Positions 1 through 13,075 of a stretch of DNA of 64,000 bases are shown piece after piece; positions within the stretch are counted from its first letter, which is position 1, and every line of letters begins with the position of its first letter. The position numbers and the translations under genes were made by a program. This DNA is from the human T2T-CHM13v2.0 reference genome, Homo sapiens: the NCBI RefSeq assembly GCF_009914755.1, contig NC_060936.1; one strand, 5' to 3'. The notes beneath the pieces were generated by a model. It was given only the letters and a program-made list of their open reading frames with translations. It was not told the DNA's origin and did no database searches.

Positions 1-253
1 CTGGAGTGCAGTGGTGCAATCTCAGCTCATTGCAACCTCCACCTCCTGGGTTCGAGTGATTCTCCTGCCTCAGCCTCCTGAGTAGCTGGGATTACAGGCA
101 CGTGCCACCATGCCTGGCTAATTTTTGTATTTTTGGTAGAGATGGGGTTTTGCCATGTTGGCGAGGCTGGCTTCAAACTCCTGACCTCAAGTGATCCACC
201 CACCTCGGCCTCCTGAAGTGCTGGGATTACAGGCATGAGCCACTGTGCCTGGC
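1..253 (-). mobile_element. Alu (AluS-like), cut by the window edge
   Basis: Antisense Alu consensus (ctggagtgcagtggtg ... gctgggattacaggcatgagccactgtgcctggc). Confidence 0.95.
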
Positions 254-1329
254 AGCATGATGTATATTTTTACGCTCTAAGTATGAATGTGCTTAGAACT
301 TGCCAGTGCAGAGCTGGGGCTATCCAGATGTTCACTTATGCTACCCTTGGTGGCGTTATTCGTGCTTCCTGCTCACAGTGCAATGCCAGGCCTCCATATC
401 ACCCAGCAGCCTGCAGGTTCAGTGACGCCGGCATCAGGACCCATCCTTCCCTTGCTCGTGACTCCTGTAGCATTGGGGCCTTTGCACCTGCTGTGCCCCC
501 TCATAACGGACTCTTGCCCAGAGAGTCACATGGCCTGAGTCCCCGCTCGTTTAGGTCTTTGCCTAAAAGTCACCTCTTCCATGACCCTCCCCTGGCCCCC
601 CCACTGCTCTGTGTGAAATTGCAGCTCTCTACCACCACCTCCCCCTACTCCTGACCCCTTTCCCTGCTTGAGTGTCCTCCCTCCCCATGTCCACACCTAA
701 ACGCATTTCAGTGGCTCATGTGGCTCATAGGTTGGAGACCTGGCTGGGGATTGGGGTACCCTGGCCTTGGGGCCTGCCACCCCTGGGCACCCCCGTGCCA
801 CTGGTGCCTGGAGTTGGCCTGTCTGTGCACAACAGGCCGGCTGGGTCTCCTGAGGTGCCACTCAGTCTCCTGAGTGGCATCTGTCCATGCAGAGCTCCAG
901 CCTGGGGTTTCTGTGGCCCCCTGTCCAGGTGACCATGGACTGGCCCACTGGCCTGCTTCTTCACTGCTGGCTTTGGCCCACAGATGTCTGTGCTGGGGGC
1001 AGGGGTGATGGGGCTGAGAATGGGCCTGGAGTGCTGGCTCAGATCTGTTGAAGAGCCAGGTCCAACAGAGCCCCAGGTGGGCACAGCTGCCAGGCACCCT
1101 GCACCCCAGAGCCATCGATCACAGGCTTGCACTGAGTCACTCTGTTTTTAAACTTGGCCTATCTCATTTTCTTACGTCCCTCAAGGACATATTTCGAAAA
1201 CCTTCAGTGGGCTGGCCAGGCTGTGTGGCATAGCCCTGGAAATCGATGACAGCTGAGTGGCAGGGGGGCTCAGGAATACTATGCAAATGCATCATTTGGC
1301 TCTCCAGGCCACTTCTGGCCTTGTTCCTT

Positions 1330-2120
1330 CAGCAAGCATTTATTGAGCACCTACTGTGTGTACTTTGTGGAATGGATTTTTCTACGTCAATAGACAGGTT
1401 ACTAACACAAGTGTCTGCAACATCAGAAATCAAGAGCAGGTGAGAAATGGCGGAGGAAGAGGACGATGCAGTGTGGAGGAGGAGCAGGTGCTGTGTGCCA
1501 GGTGCTGCCCTGGGCTGGGACATGGCAAGAGAGACACGGACCCTGCCATCAGCATTGGGCAGGAGAGACTGCTGGACACCAGCAAAGGTGCTATCAAAGC
1601 AGCGTGCAGAGCTCTGTGAAGGAAGCCACCAGGGGCCGAGGGAGAGGAAGAACAGGGGTCCCATGTAGCAGGATGGCCAGGGAAGGCCAGCAGGAGCCAG
1701 TTATAGGAAAAATCTAGGGAGAAAGAGGTCCAGGCATGGGAACAGCAGGTGCAAAGGTCCTGAGGTAGCCAGATGCTTGGCCAAAGAACGTCAGAGTGGT
1801 TGGAACCCAGAGAGCGGGGGGGAAAGGAGGGCAGAGAAGTGGGCGGGGCCAGGTCACACTCAGCTTGCTGGCCCTGGGGAGCATTTGGTGCCCCAGCCTC
1901 AGGAGCAATGGGAAGTCACCCCTCTTGTCACGGCAGGTTTTAGGCTGCGGAGCGGTAGGATCTGATTCATGTTTGTGAACGCACCCATGGTTGTTGGAAG
2001 AGAGGGCAGCAGGAAGACCAGCAAGCAGTCTCCTGCACCAGTCCAGGTGAGAGAGGATGGGCTTTGTGGCCGTAGAGACAGCAAGATGTGGGCAGATTCA
2101 GGAGTATTTTGGGCAGAAGG
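1330..2120 (-). mobile_element. L2 fragments
   Basis: caagcatttattgagcacctactgtgtg and gggaacagcaggtgcaaaggtcctgagg are typical degenerate L2 3' motifs. Confidence 0.6.
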
Positions 2121-2177
2121 AAAAAAGCTGATCCTCCCTCCCTTTACCCCCAGAATATTCACACAGAAAGGTGCACA

Positions 2178-2463
2178 GACCAGGCACAGTGGCTCACAAA
2201 ATCCCAACACTTTGGGAGGCTGAGACGGGTGGATCACTTGAGCCCAGGAGTTTGAGACCAGCCGGGGCAAAGTGGGGAAACCCCGACTCTACAAAAAATT
2301 AGCCAAGTGTGGTGGTGTGCGCCTGTGGTCCCAGCTACTCAAGGGGCTGAGCTGGGAGGATCTCCTGAGCCTGGGAGGTTGAGGCTGCAGTGAGCCATGA
2401 TTGCACCTCTATACTCCAGCCTGGGTGACAGAATGAGACCCTGTCTCAAAAAGAAAAAAGAAA
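2178..2463 (+). mobile_element. AluJ-like
   Basis: Dimeric Alu with gaggttgaggctgcagtgagccatgattg and an A-rich tail. Confidence 0.93.
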
Positions 2464-2479
2464 CAGAACATTCCCTGCT

Positions 2480-3400
2480 ACCCAGAAACATCCCTTGTAC
2501 CCATTCTAGTCCATGTCTAATCCACCCTACCCTGCCAGCAACATAACCATTCTCCTGCCTCCGAACTACACAGGCTTGATTTGCCAGTTTCTGTTTCTTA
2601 CGTAAATGGAATCGTACAGTGTGTGTGCCCTTGCACTGGGCTGGTTTTGTTCCACATTGCATTTGTAAGATTTATCAATATTGTTTGTTGTGGTAGTTGA
2701 TTCATGCTCGTGGCCACACCGTAGTATTCCATTGGGTGAGTAGATCACAAATGTATTTATCCATTCTCCTGTTAATGGGCATTTGGGTTGTTTCCAGTCT
2801 GGGGCTATTATGAATACTGCTTCTATGAACATTCCAGACCAGCGCTTCTCAAACGTTAATGTACTCATGAATCACCTAGAGAACTTGTTAAAATCAAGAT
2901 CCTGATTCAGTAGGTCTGAGTGTTTGCATTGCTCTTAGGTTCTCGGGTGATGCCGACGCTGCTGGCCTGTGACCATACTTTGAAGACTGGGGCTGTATTT
3001 TGGTGAACATATTTCTCTGGGGTAGGTACCCAGGGGTGGCATTGCTGGAGCACGGGGAGGCATATGTTTAGCTTTAGTAGACGCTGCAAGTAGTTTTCCC
3101 AGATACTGACACTTCCTCCAGCCCTGTATGAGGTTCCAGTTGATCCACATCCTTGTCAACACTTGGTATTATCTGTCTTCCCTTGTAGCCATTCTGGTGG
3201 GTATGTAGCACTATCTCCTTGTGGCTTAAATTTTCATTTCCTTGGTGACAGATGAGGTTAAGCATCTTTTCGTGTGTTCATTGACTGTTGGGATCTCCTC
3301 TTATGTGAGGCACTGATTTCAGTCTCTGGCCCATTTTTCTATTTGATCATCTCTTCCTTACTGAATTTTTAGGAGTGCTTGATTCTGCACACATCAGATA
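2480..3400 (-). mobile_element. Old L1 (L1M) fragment interrupted by a MER5-type DNA element (~2837-2990)
   Basis: Degenerate L1 ORF2 C-terminal motifs (IAPDWKQPKCP; ccacatccttgtcaacacttggtatt). Confidence 0.75.
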
Positions 3401-4477
3401 AACTGTACATTCCTTCTCTCTCTCTGTGGCCTTGCCTTTGCGCTTTTATTGCACTTGTTCTTTTTAATGCAACAATTACTGCTCAGGACTCGGGAGTAGG
3501 GTGCAGAGGTTCCCATTTTGCCCGTCCTAACCAGATTACAGTATGTTGCTGGTGGGATTATCTTTCAGCTAGTTATTCACGCACACACCCCACACTCTTG
3601 TTCCTGACCTTTCTCAGGGAGACATCTCCCCAAATTCATGAACATTCCTCCACCTAGCCTGGCCCCACTATCTAAGCTGCTCAAGCCAGGGTGTCCACTT
3701 AACCATGGTCTTCCTTTTGCATTTTCCCACCTCTTGATGCTTTTTGACTATGAGATGAGTTCATCTTTCCTGGACATCCAGAGAGACGCCTGGCATTTTT
3801 AGCTGATCAATAGACCCTTTGTGGCCTAACAGAGACACACCTGAAGGTGGTTGGTCCCAGATGCGAGGAGCAAAGGCAAAAGAGAGGCAGGTGGGCATCT
3901 GCCTCTATGTGTAGCTTGTGCAAGATTGATTTCATTCTTGATCAGTGAAGATCTCTCACTGTTGGGTCTGCTGCTACCCCAAAGCTGAATGCCCCGGCTT
4001 TTAATCTGTGTGCGTTGACTCCTGCCATGAAACTGACACCCTCCAAGGACCCTCCTCACACTCACCTCCTGTTCGATGCTGGTCTCCAGCCACCTTCACT
4101 CCTGACCCAGCAGCTGAGCACAGCCGACCTGCTCGCAGATCCAGCACGCCAGGAGGGTCCTGCTGTCCAGCTTCCCACGGGACTCCACCCCCTGGCATCC
4201 CTTGAGGACAAACAGTAGAGGGGCAAAACTTGGAGCCTCCAAAGCCCCTCTGCAGGGGCTGGATCTGCAGCTACGCCACTCACAGATCTTGTGTACCAGG
4301 CAAGTGCTAACCTGTCTGAGCCTCAGTTTTCCCATGTATAAAATGGGGATAATGGTGGTACTCAACTGGTAGAGCTGCAGAGGGGGTGAAATGAAGTTTC
4401 ACGGGTAAAGTGCTAAGAACGTGCCTGGCCCACAGGGGTCATTGTGTGGCTGTCTACCACTATTATTGTTCTTATTC

Positions 4478-4481
4478 TTTT

Positions 4482-4521
<40 letters not shown>

Positions 4522-4801
4522 TTTTGAGACAGAGTCTTGCTCTGTCACCCAGGCTAGAGTGCAGTAGCATGATCTCAGCTCACTGCAACCTCCATCTCCT
4601 GCGTTCAAGCAATCCTCCTGCCTCAGCTTCCGGAGTAGCTGAGATTACAGGCACACGCCACCACGCCAGCTAATTTTTGTATTTTTAGCAGAGACGGGGT
4701 TTCACCATGTTGGCCAGGCTGCAGAACCTGACCTCAAGTGATCTGCCTACCTTGGCCCCCCAAAGTGTCGGGATTACAGGCGTGAGCCCCCATACCCAGC
4801 C
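4478..4801 (-). mobile_element. AluS-like with (TTTA)n tail
   Basis: Antisense Alu; tail has become a TTTA microsatellite at 4478-4524. Confidence 0.95.
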
Positions 4802-5285
4802 CTGCCACTGTTATTCTTATGACTGGTCTGCCCGTGCCCAGGTTCTCTCCACCTGCCTTCTCCCATCTCATACCTGCTGATATCCACTGTGCCTTCTCCC
4901 ACTTCCAGGCCTTTGGACCTGCTGTTCCTCTTGCCTGGAGTGTGCTTTCCTCTGTTCTCCACCTGGGGACCCCCCCACTTTGTTCATGCCCAGAGGCCAG
5001 TGTCACCCCACCTCCTTCGGGGCACCTCCCTGACCCCTGGTACTGGTGCTCTGAGCTTGCCAGTGGGATGGATGGTTGGTCTTCAGGTTGTGGGGAGCAG
5101 GAGTCAGTCTCTCATGATGCTTATAAGGGAGGATATTTATTGAGCACTTACTGCATACCAGTTTAATTATGGGGGCTTTTTATTGAGCACCTTATCTTGG
5201 TCTTACTAACACCCTGTGACCACCAGCAATAGAGGCCCACGCATGCAAAGCCCCAGGTTCTGCAGTGAGAAGGTGGCTGAGGGGA

Positions 5286-5618
<333 letters not shown>

Positions 5619-5859
5619 TGAACCCAGCCCTGCTCCTCCAGCCCTTTCTTTTCCCCGAGAACTACATAACCTGCCTTCCAGCTCATGCCTTTTTCCTGCT
5701 TTCACTAGATCTTCATCAGGTGTGGCTGCTAATAACCCCTGCTGGCTGCTCTCTTCCCCCACCAGGAACCCTAGGAAAGGAGAACTTGTCTGTCCAGTTC
5801 ATCATCGCAGCCCACCCGGGGTCTGACACAGAGAAGGACCCAAAAAGTCCTGGTTAAGT

Positions 5860-6222
5860 CAGCAGCTCTCAGGGTGTGGGTCAGTGACCCCTGGATGTCC
5901 TGAGACCTTTTCCTTGGGGTTTGCAAGATCAAATTACTTTCGTAACAATACTAAGCTGCTACTTGCCCTTTTTACTCATATTCTTTCACAAACACATGGT
6001 GGAATTTTCCAGAAGCTATCCAAGGTGTGATGACATCATCGTTCCTATGGCTAATAGCGTGTGTGTTTGTGTATCTTTGTGCTTTAAACATGTCTCAGTT
6101 TTAATTTTGAATATGATGACTATTGATTGCTGTGACCTACCCAGACAAAGCCCTTTAGGTTCCTCCATCATTTTTAAGCACCTAAAAGGGTCCCAAGACA
6201 CAAAAGTTTTGAGAGCCACTGT
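5860..6222. mobile_element. hAT-Charlie-type DNA transposon remnant
   Basis: Terminal inverted-like ends cagcagctctca ... tgagagccactg. Confidence 0.55.
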
Positions 6223-6539
6223 GTTCAATGAATAAATGAATGAGTTGGGTGAAGGAAAGAGTGAATGGAGTGTGAGCCAAGGCATTTGGACCTGGCTTGT
6301 CTTTAAGGGTTGGTGGTCAGGGTGGCGGAAAATGGATTCAAGGGAGGAAAGAGCGACACAGGAGTCCAGGAGAGAGGGAGACGTGGAATTACCCAAATCC
6401 CACCTGCCTGACTGCGCCCCATAGCCCTGATTAGTCCCTCCAAATACCCTCTGACCTGGCACAAGCATCCCCGGCACAGCCGGCGGCTGACTGTTCTGAG
6501 GTGTTTTCTACAGCAAAACAATTTGAAATAATTAGAACT

Positions 6540-6830
6540 TTACAAAATGTCTTTAAACACGCTGGTAATGGGCATAAGAAAACACTTGTGAAGTGTAATC
6601 AGTTATTAGCAGCTGATCAATTATCCTCATGGATAGCTGTTGGGGGGGAGAAAAGAAGCAATAATAAGCCCCTTGATTAACTAATTTGAATATCTTTGGG
6701 GAACAAATTCTGAAATTTCTTTCTATTTTCTCCCTCGCTATTGTAATTGTAACGCCGGCCGCACATCTGCTGGATAAAGACGGATGGAAATGGTAATGAG
6801 TGTTCTGCTGTGAACAGGCCCCTTGTTCGG
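6540..6830. promoter_or_regulatory. Candidate intronic enhancer
   Basis: TE-free AT-rich island with TAAT cores, E-boxes CAGCTG (6610) and CATCTG (6764), and ATCAAT (6616). Confidence 0.5.
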
Positions 6831-9011
6831 GATCCAGGAATGAAGGCGCTGGAGGTGTGGGGGCTGCGGGGGCTGCCGGCTGGGCCTGGGGACCTCTCAC
6901 TGGCTGGAGTGGGCAGCACTGCCATGGGCTTGGCCTCCGCCTCCTGATGAGATGTCAAGGTCGGGGGAAGCCGGCTGCGATGGGCAAAGGGCATGCGCAG
7001 ACAGGTGCCCCTCTGGGAAACATTACAGATTCTCCTGAAGACCCTCTAGGGCCAGCTGGGATGGAGACAGTCTGTCCCAGGATGGAGCAGACAGTGAAGG
7101 AAACCAACATTCTGGATGCCAAGGTTGGGCTCCTCCGCAACCTTGCTGGGTGATAGGCTTACAAAAGGCAGGGGTGACTCAGCTGGACAGCATTAAGGAC
7201 CTCCACATTCCTGCGGGGTCTTTGGTCTCACAGTGCAACATGAACATATCACACCGGTGGCCACCTGGGTAGCAGTAGCCTTGTCACTAAAGCGAATCTC
7301 TAGAGCCAGACTCTTTGTCTTGAATCCAGCTCTGCCCCCTCAGCTGTGTGACCTTAGGCAAGTGACTTAACCTCTCTGTGCCTCAGCGGTGCTCATCAGC
7401 GAAACAGGAATAATAACAGCACCCCCCTCCTGGGGTTCTTGTAGCACAGGGCCACGCACGTGATAAGCACAAAATAAATGGAAGCCGTCACTGTTATTAT
7501 TCTCTCCATCCTGCATAATTAACAGGCTAGACCCGAGTTTGCAAACTGGCAGGCCGGGGTCCAACTCCCCAGTAAATCTGTTTTGTTTGGCACAAACTGC
7601 ATTGTTAAAATTTTTGTCTGAACTTGTTGCCAGTGATTACAGTTCAGGAGATTTTCACATCAAAAATCTGGATTTGGGGCCTTTCTGGAGAACTAGACTC
7701 CCGACCCTGCTGGGCCCACAGTTCCATGCAGCACCGATCGGCCAGAGCTGAGCATTGCAGCCTCCTGTAGCAGGGACGCTGGTCTTTCCTTTGCCATGTC
7801 CCCATCCCACCCAGTCATTCCAGGGCATCACCTCGTGGGCCCCTGCCCTCACCTGTAAGCCCCAGGAGGTCAACTGGGAACAGGTCACCTCGGTCCCTGA
7901 TGTACCCGGTGCCCGTCACACAGCAGGTGCTTAAAGCATATTTGAATGAGCGTGTCTTCAGACGAGAGGCTGATTACATGAGCAGATCCAGTTCGCGAGC
8001 AGCCCCAGAGCCTGGGTGGTCTTGCCTGAGCGAGGCAGCAAACTCCAGCCTTGGTTGTGTCTATCTGGGGACCCCCAGCTGTCCAGCTCCTGTACCACCC
8101 AGTGGCCATCAGAAGAAAGTCCTGCTGCCTGTGAACTCCCATCTCCCTCTCCCCAACCCTACAGGAGATGTTCTGGAGACCCACATGCGGGGGTGTCAAA
8201 CTCCTATCCCTTAAGCAGCAGATCTGAGGCCCAAAGTGCACCAGAGAAGCCACAAACAGCCCCGTGGCCAGCCAGCACCTGCAGTCACTGGTCCACGTTC
8301 CTCTCATTCAGACAAGGCCTTTTCTGTATTTTGTTTGAAGCTGTTCAAAAAAGAGCATGTGAAACCACTTTTAAAATCCCTCCCTCCCTTTCCTGCCCAA
8401 CGCACCTTTTTTTCCCTCCCCTGACTGTTCCATCGCTTAAAAATGGCTTAACCAATTTGGGTTATTTTTAGAAAAATGCTGGTATGTTGGCTGACAACCT
8501 ATATTCTAAGTTTCAACCTGATATGGAAAAGACAGAGTTTATAAACCCCTAGGAGAAAAAAAAAAGAAACACAAAACATTGCTTTAGAATAGAAATCATC
8601 TGAAACTGACCCCATGGGTCCCGGCCAGCGGGGCATCACTGGGCACCAGCCTCCGGTGTGAGATTTCAAGGGTACAGAATGAAATTGGTTCTTGCAAGCT
8701 TCTGCCAACATCGCTGGGAGAACTGGGTGGAGCATCTTGTGGACTGACAGACACGAGTTGGAACCCTGGTTCTTCCACGCTCTGTCCTTGAGCTGGGGAA
8801 GCGCCTTCCCTGAGCCCTTGGGTCTGCCATCTGTGACATGGGGATACTGGTAATCACCGTAGCTAGGGACACAGAGCCCAACACTAAGGACTTGTCCATA
8901 ATGTTTGTTATAATCTTGATGGACCAATGCAAAGACAAGGCTCTCAAAGCCAGCACAAGCCTTATGAATATGAGGAGTGGCTGCTAAGCCTAGCTTCCCC
9001 TACCTCCTCAT

Positions 9012-9650
9012 TTCTTTTTTTTCCAGCAGCTTTATTGAGATATAATTGATATGCCATGAAATTCACCTATTATACATGTACAACACAATCGATTTAGTAT
9101 ATTTATGGAGTTGTACAACCATCACCACATCCAGTTTTAAAACATTTCTGTCACCCCAAAAAAGATCTTTTGGGTCCTTTTCCAGTCACTGTCTGATCCC
9201 ACTCCCAGCCCCAGGAAACCACAAATCTATTTGCTGTATCCATAGATTTGCCTTTTCTGGTCGTTTCGTACAAATGGGATTATACAATCTGTGGTCTTTG
9301 TATCAGCTTCTTACATTAGGTATAATGTTTCCAAGGTTTGCCCATGTGGTAACATGTATGAGTATTTTGTTCTCTTGATTGCTAAATAATATTCCATTGT
9401 ATGGATAGACCACGTTTTATCCGTTCATCGGTTGATGGGCATGTGGGTTGTTTGTACTTTTTGGCTGTTGTGAATAGCACTGCTGTGAAAGTTTGCACGC
9501 AGATCTTTGAACACATGTTTTCGATTCTCTTGGGTAGAGGAGTGGAATTGCTGGGTCATAAGATACATTTATGTCTAACTTATTAAGAAACTGCCAAACT
9601 GTTTTTCTGAAGTGGCTGTACCATGTTGCATTCCCACCAGCAGTATCTGG
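9012..9650 (-). mobile_element. L1MB-like 3' end
   Basis: cagctttattgagatataatt... L1 3' UTR in reverse plus ORF2 end (YDPAIPLL motif). Confidence 0.85.
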
Positions 9651-9807
9651 GCTTAGTATTGTCTTTGTTGATATTTGAGGTTGCATTTTTGGTCCCTGGT
9701 TTCAATGAGAATTTGGGCTGGGAATTCTGGGAGCCACTGGAGCTTGAAGAAATGAATGGCAGGTGGGGGGCATACAACAAAATCGCACATCCTCAGGTGT
9801 TCTAAAA

Positions 9808-10015
9808 CAGCACTGTCCCATAGAACATGTAGATGATATATATCTGAACCATCCTGTACGGTAGCCACTACCCGTTGTGGTTACTGAGCACATGACTATG
9901 GCTTGTGCAACCGAGGAACTGAATTTGTGATTGCATTTCATTTAAATTAACGTAGAAGTACTAAATTTAAATAACTACAGGAGGCTAGTGGCTGCTGTAT
10001 TGGACAGTGCAGTTC
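9808..10015. mobile_element. MER3/MER33-like hAT element
   Basis: TIRs cagcactgtcc ... ggacagtgcag; internal gtagccacta / tagtggct. Confidence 0.7.
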
Positions 10016-11368
10016 TAGAAGTTCAGGATCACCACTCAGTATGTTCTGGGTCCTTGAATCTTTCAGAGGATTGAGCAGAGTTCAAACCTTTTAATCATAC
10101 ATAGCTGGAATAGGCGTGGGGCTCAGGGACTAGGGGCTGCATGTACAGGAATATTGTGTCTAGATGGTGCTCAGTGACTCAGAGAAGAGGGGATTTAAAT
10201 TGGGGCATCTTGTAGAGGCACTAAAAGAGAGTGGACGGGCTCTGGAGCTAGGAGGACCCAGGTGCAAATCCTAGCCCTGTTGCTTCCCAAGCCTGAGACC
10301 TGGGGCAACTGACCTATTCCCTCCTAGCCTCAGTTTTCTCATCTGCAAAATGGAAGTACTAATATCTCTCTCGAAGGACTGCTGTGAGGCTCAGAGAATA
10401 ATTCCTCTAAATCCCCTAGCTCAGTGCCTACCACTTAGTCAGTGTGGGAAAGGATCAGCTTCTGTTATTGTTATCTTTATTGTTGGTACTATTCTGCCTG
10501 GCCCCCAGGACTGGATCAATGCCATGTCAGCCCAGAATCCCATCCTCATCCGTGAAAGCTGGGATGTTAGACTGTCAGCATCACACAGGCAGGGACTTTG
10601 CGGTGGCCACTGTTGGATCCCCAGTGCCTGGAACAGTGCCTGGCACAGAGGGGATGCTCCTTACATGTTTGTTGAATGAATAAATGCGTACATGCTACTG
10701 GCTTGTTGGCAAGCAGCGTGTAGGCATCTTGAGGGTTCCTGGAGAAAACAACACCCTCCTTCAGAAATGTGACTTGAAAAATAGCACTGGGTTCAATGCC
10801 AGTGGCGGCCTGTCTTGAGTGAAGGCAGAGACAGCTTCCCTGTCCTTAAATGGCTTCATCCAGCTGGAGCGTGGCTGTGGCTCAGGCCAGTCTAAGGTCA
10901 TCCAAGGCGGGTGGTAGAATGGGTGAGGCTTGGCCAGGTCAGATCCACCTCCCACCACCAGGGAGCCATAGGAGAGGTTCACACAGTGAAATAACACAGC
11001 CCCAAAATGTGCATGGGTTTACATACAGGTAATTCTCCCAGGCCCTAAAACATCAGGATGTGCTCACTTTTCCCACAGCAGTGCCCCCACTCAAGCCTGT
11101 TTGGGGGAACCCAGTGGTTTCATCCCTTTCATCTGGAATTTCCTGCTACCCTCACTTCTTTCTTCCCTTTCTTGCTGCTGTTCTTGATCTCTCCTTCCCC
11201 ACCCTGGACCCTAAAGTGAGATATTTCCATTCTTCCAGAATTATAATTTTTTTGTTTTATTTATGTGAAATATTCTTTAGTTATCAAAATCTTTTCATAC
11301 TCATTATTGTCATTCCGTGGGCAGAGAAACTTGGTGAGGTGAATATTCATTTAAAAATTGTCTATTAA

Positions 11369-11670
<302 letters not shown>

Positions 11671-11679
11671 CTATTGGGT

Positions 11680-12330
11680 TTGGACCAGGCACTGGCCTAG
11701 ATGCTGGAGCTATGGAGGTGAACAAAACAGACAAGAGTCCCTGCCCTCCCGGAGCTTTAGTCCTAGGAAGGAGGCTGATATTAAATATGCAGATAACTAT
11801 CTTTGCAAATGATGTTGAATGCCCTGTGGAAAAGGAGGAAGGAGAAAGTGGATCTGCTTTAGAGGCAGGGGTGCCAGTGGGGCCAGCGAGGGCCCTGCTG
11901 AGAAGGTGGCAGCACTGGGGGGGATGGGGAGGGATTGCAGGCTGCAGGTACTGCACATGCAAATGCCCTGAGGTGAGAAAGAGGCTGGCTCATCGGAGGC
12001 CCAGGAGCAGCAGGTGTAGCTGGAGTGCATAGAGTTGGGCAGAGAGGGGCCCCCCTAAGGTATAGGAAGCTGTGAGCAGTAGCCTGGCCCTCTAGGCCCA
12101 GTGAGAAGTCTGATTTCAATCTAAGACCATGGCAAAAATCATGGACAAGTTTCAAGCCAAGGAAAGAGAAGAGATGATTCACGTTTTGAGCGACTCACTC
12201 CATCCACCATGTGGAAAATGCAGGCAAGGGTGGGTGCGGAGAGAGAAGGGAGGAGGCCTCGGAAATAATCCAGGCAGGGGAGGGTAGCAGCTTGGACAAA
12301 GGCGGCAGTGGGAGTGGGTATTATTTCTGG
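11680..12330 (-). mobile_element. L2 fragment
   Basis: ccaggcactggcctagatgctggag...gtgaacaaaacagacaag and downstream L2 motifs. Confidence 0.6.
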
Positions 12331-12859
12331 ACGTTGGCGGGATTGAAGAGACGTGGCTGGGATTCGTTCAACATCACTATTATTCTAGTGGTACAAGTGA
12401 GGACACTGAAGCTCGGAGAGGCACGCTGACTTGCCCTGGGGTTAGAGCTAGCAAGAGCAGCAAGCAGGATTCGAACTCGGGCTTTCCTGGTGCTGGAATC
12501 TGCATTCTGTACTTCAGTACTACTCTGGGCAGCTCAGTGTGGTATCCAGCCCCATCTCTCTAGCTGAAATGATGCCCACAAACATTATCCCCATTGCGCA
12601 GATTAGGAAACAGACTCAGGCGTTAGGATTTCCTGGCTGGAGAACACCAAAGACAGGATTTGAACCCAGCCCACACACCTAAGTTGGGAATGTGCGTGCC
12701 CTGCATCCTGGGCCTCTTCAGGCTCTGCAGAAACAAAGGGAATGAGATGGGTGGAGAGAAGGTCACGGATCCACAGGCCCTGGTCTAGGGCAGGCCGGTC
12801 TGTCATGCTCAGGTTTTCTCTTAGTCAATAGAGTAAGAACTCAATTCTGCTGAGACGTC

Positions 12860-13075
12860 TGGGTGCATCTGTGTATGTGTGTGTCTCCATGTGAACGTGT
12901 CTGTCTGTGGTATGTGTCTCTGTGTCCCGGCGTCCCTGTATCTATGTTTGTACGTGTGTTTCTGTGTGTTTGTGTGTTACATGTATGGATCTCTGTGTGT
13001 CTGTGTGTATGTATGTGTCTGTGTGTGCATTTATGTGTCTGTGTGTATTTATGTCTCGTGTGTCTGTGTGTCCAT
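12860..13075. repeat. Imperfect (TG)n-rich simple repeat
   Basis: About 215 bp of degenerate TG/TGTC/TATG units. Confidence 0.9.
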
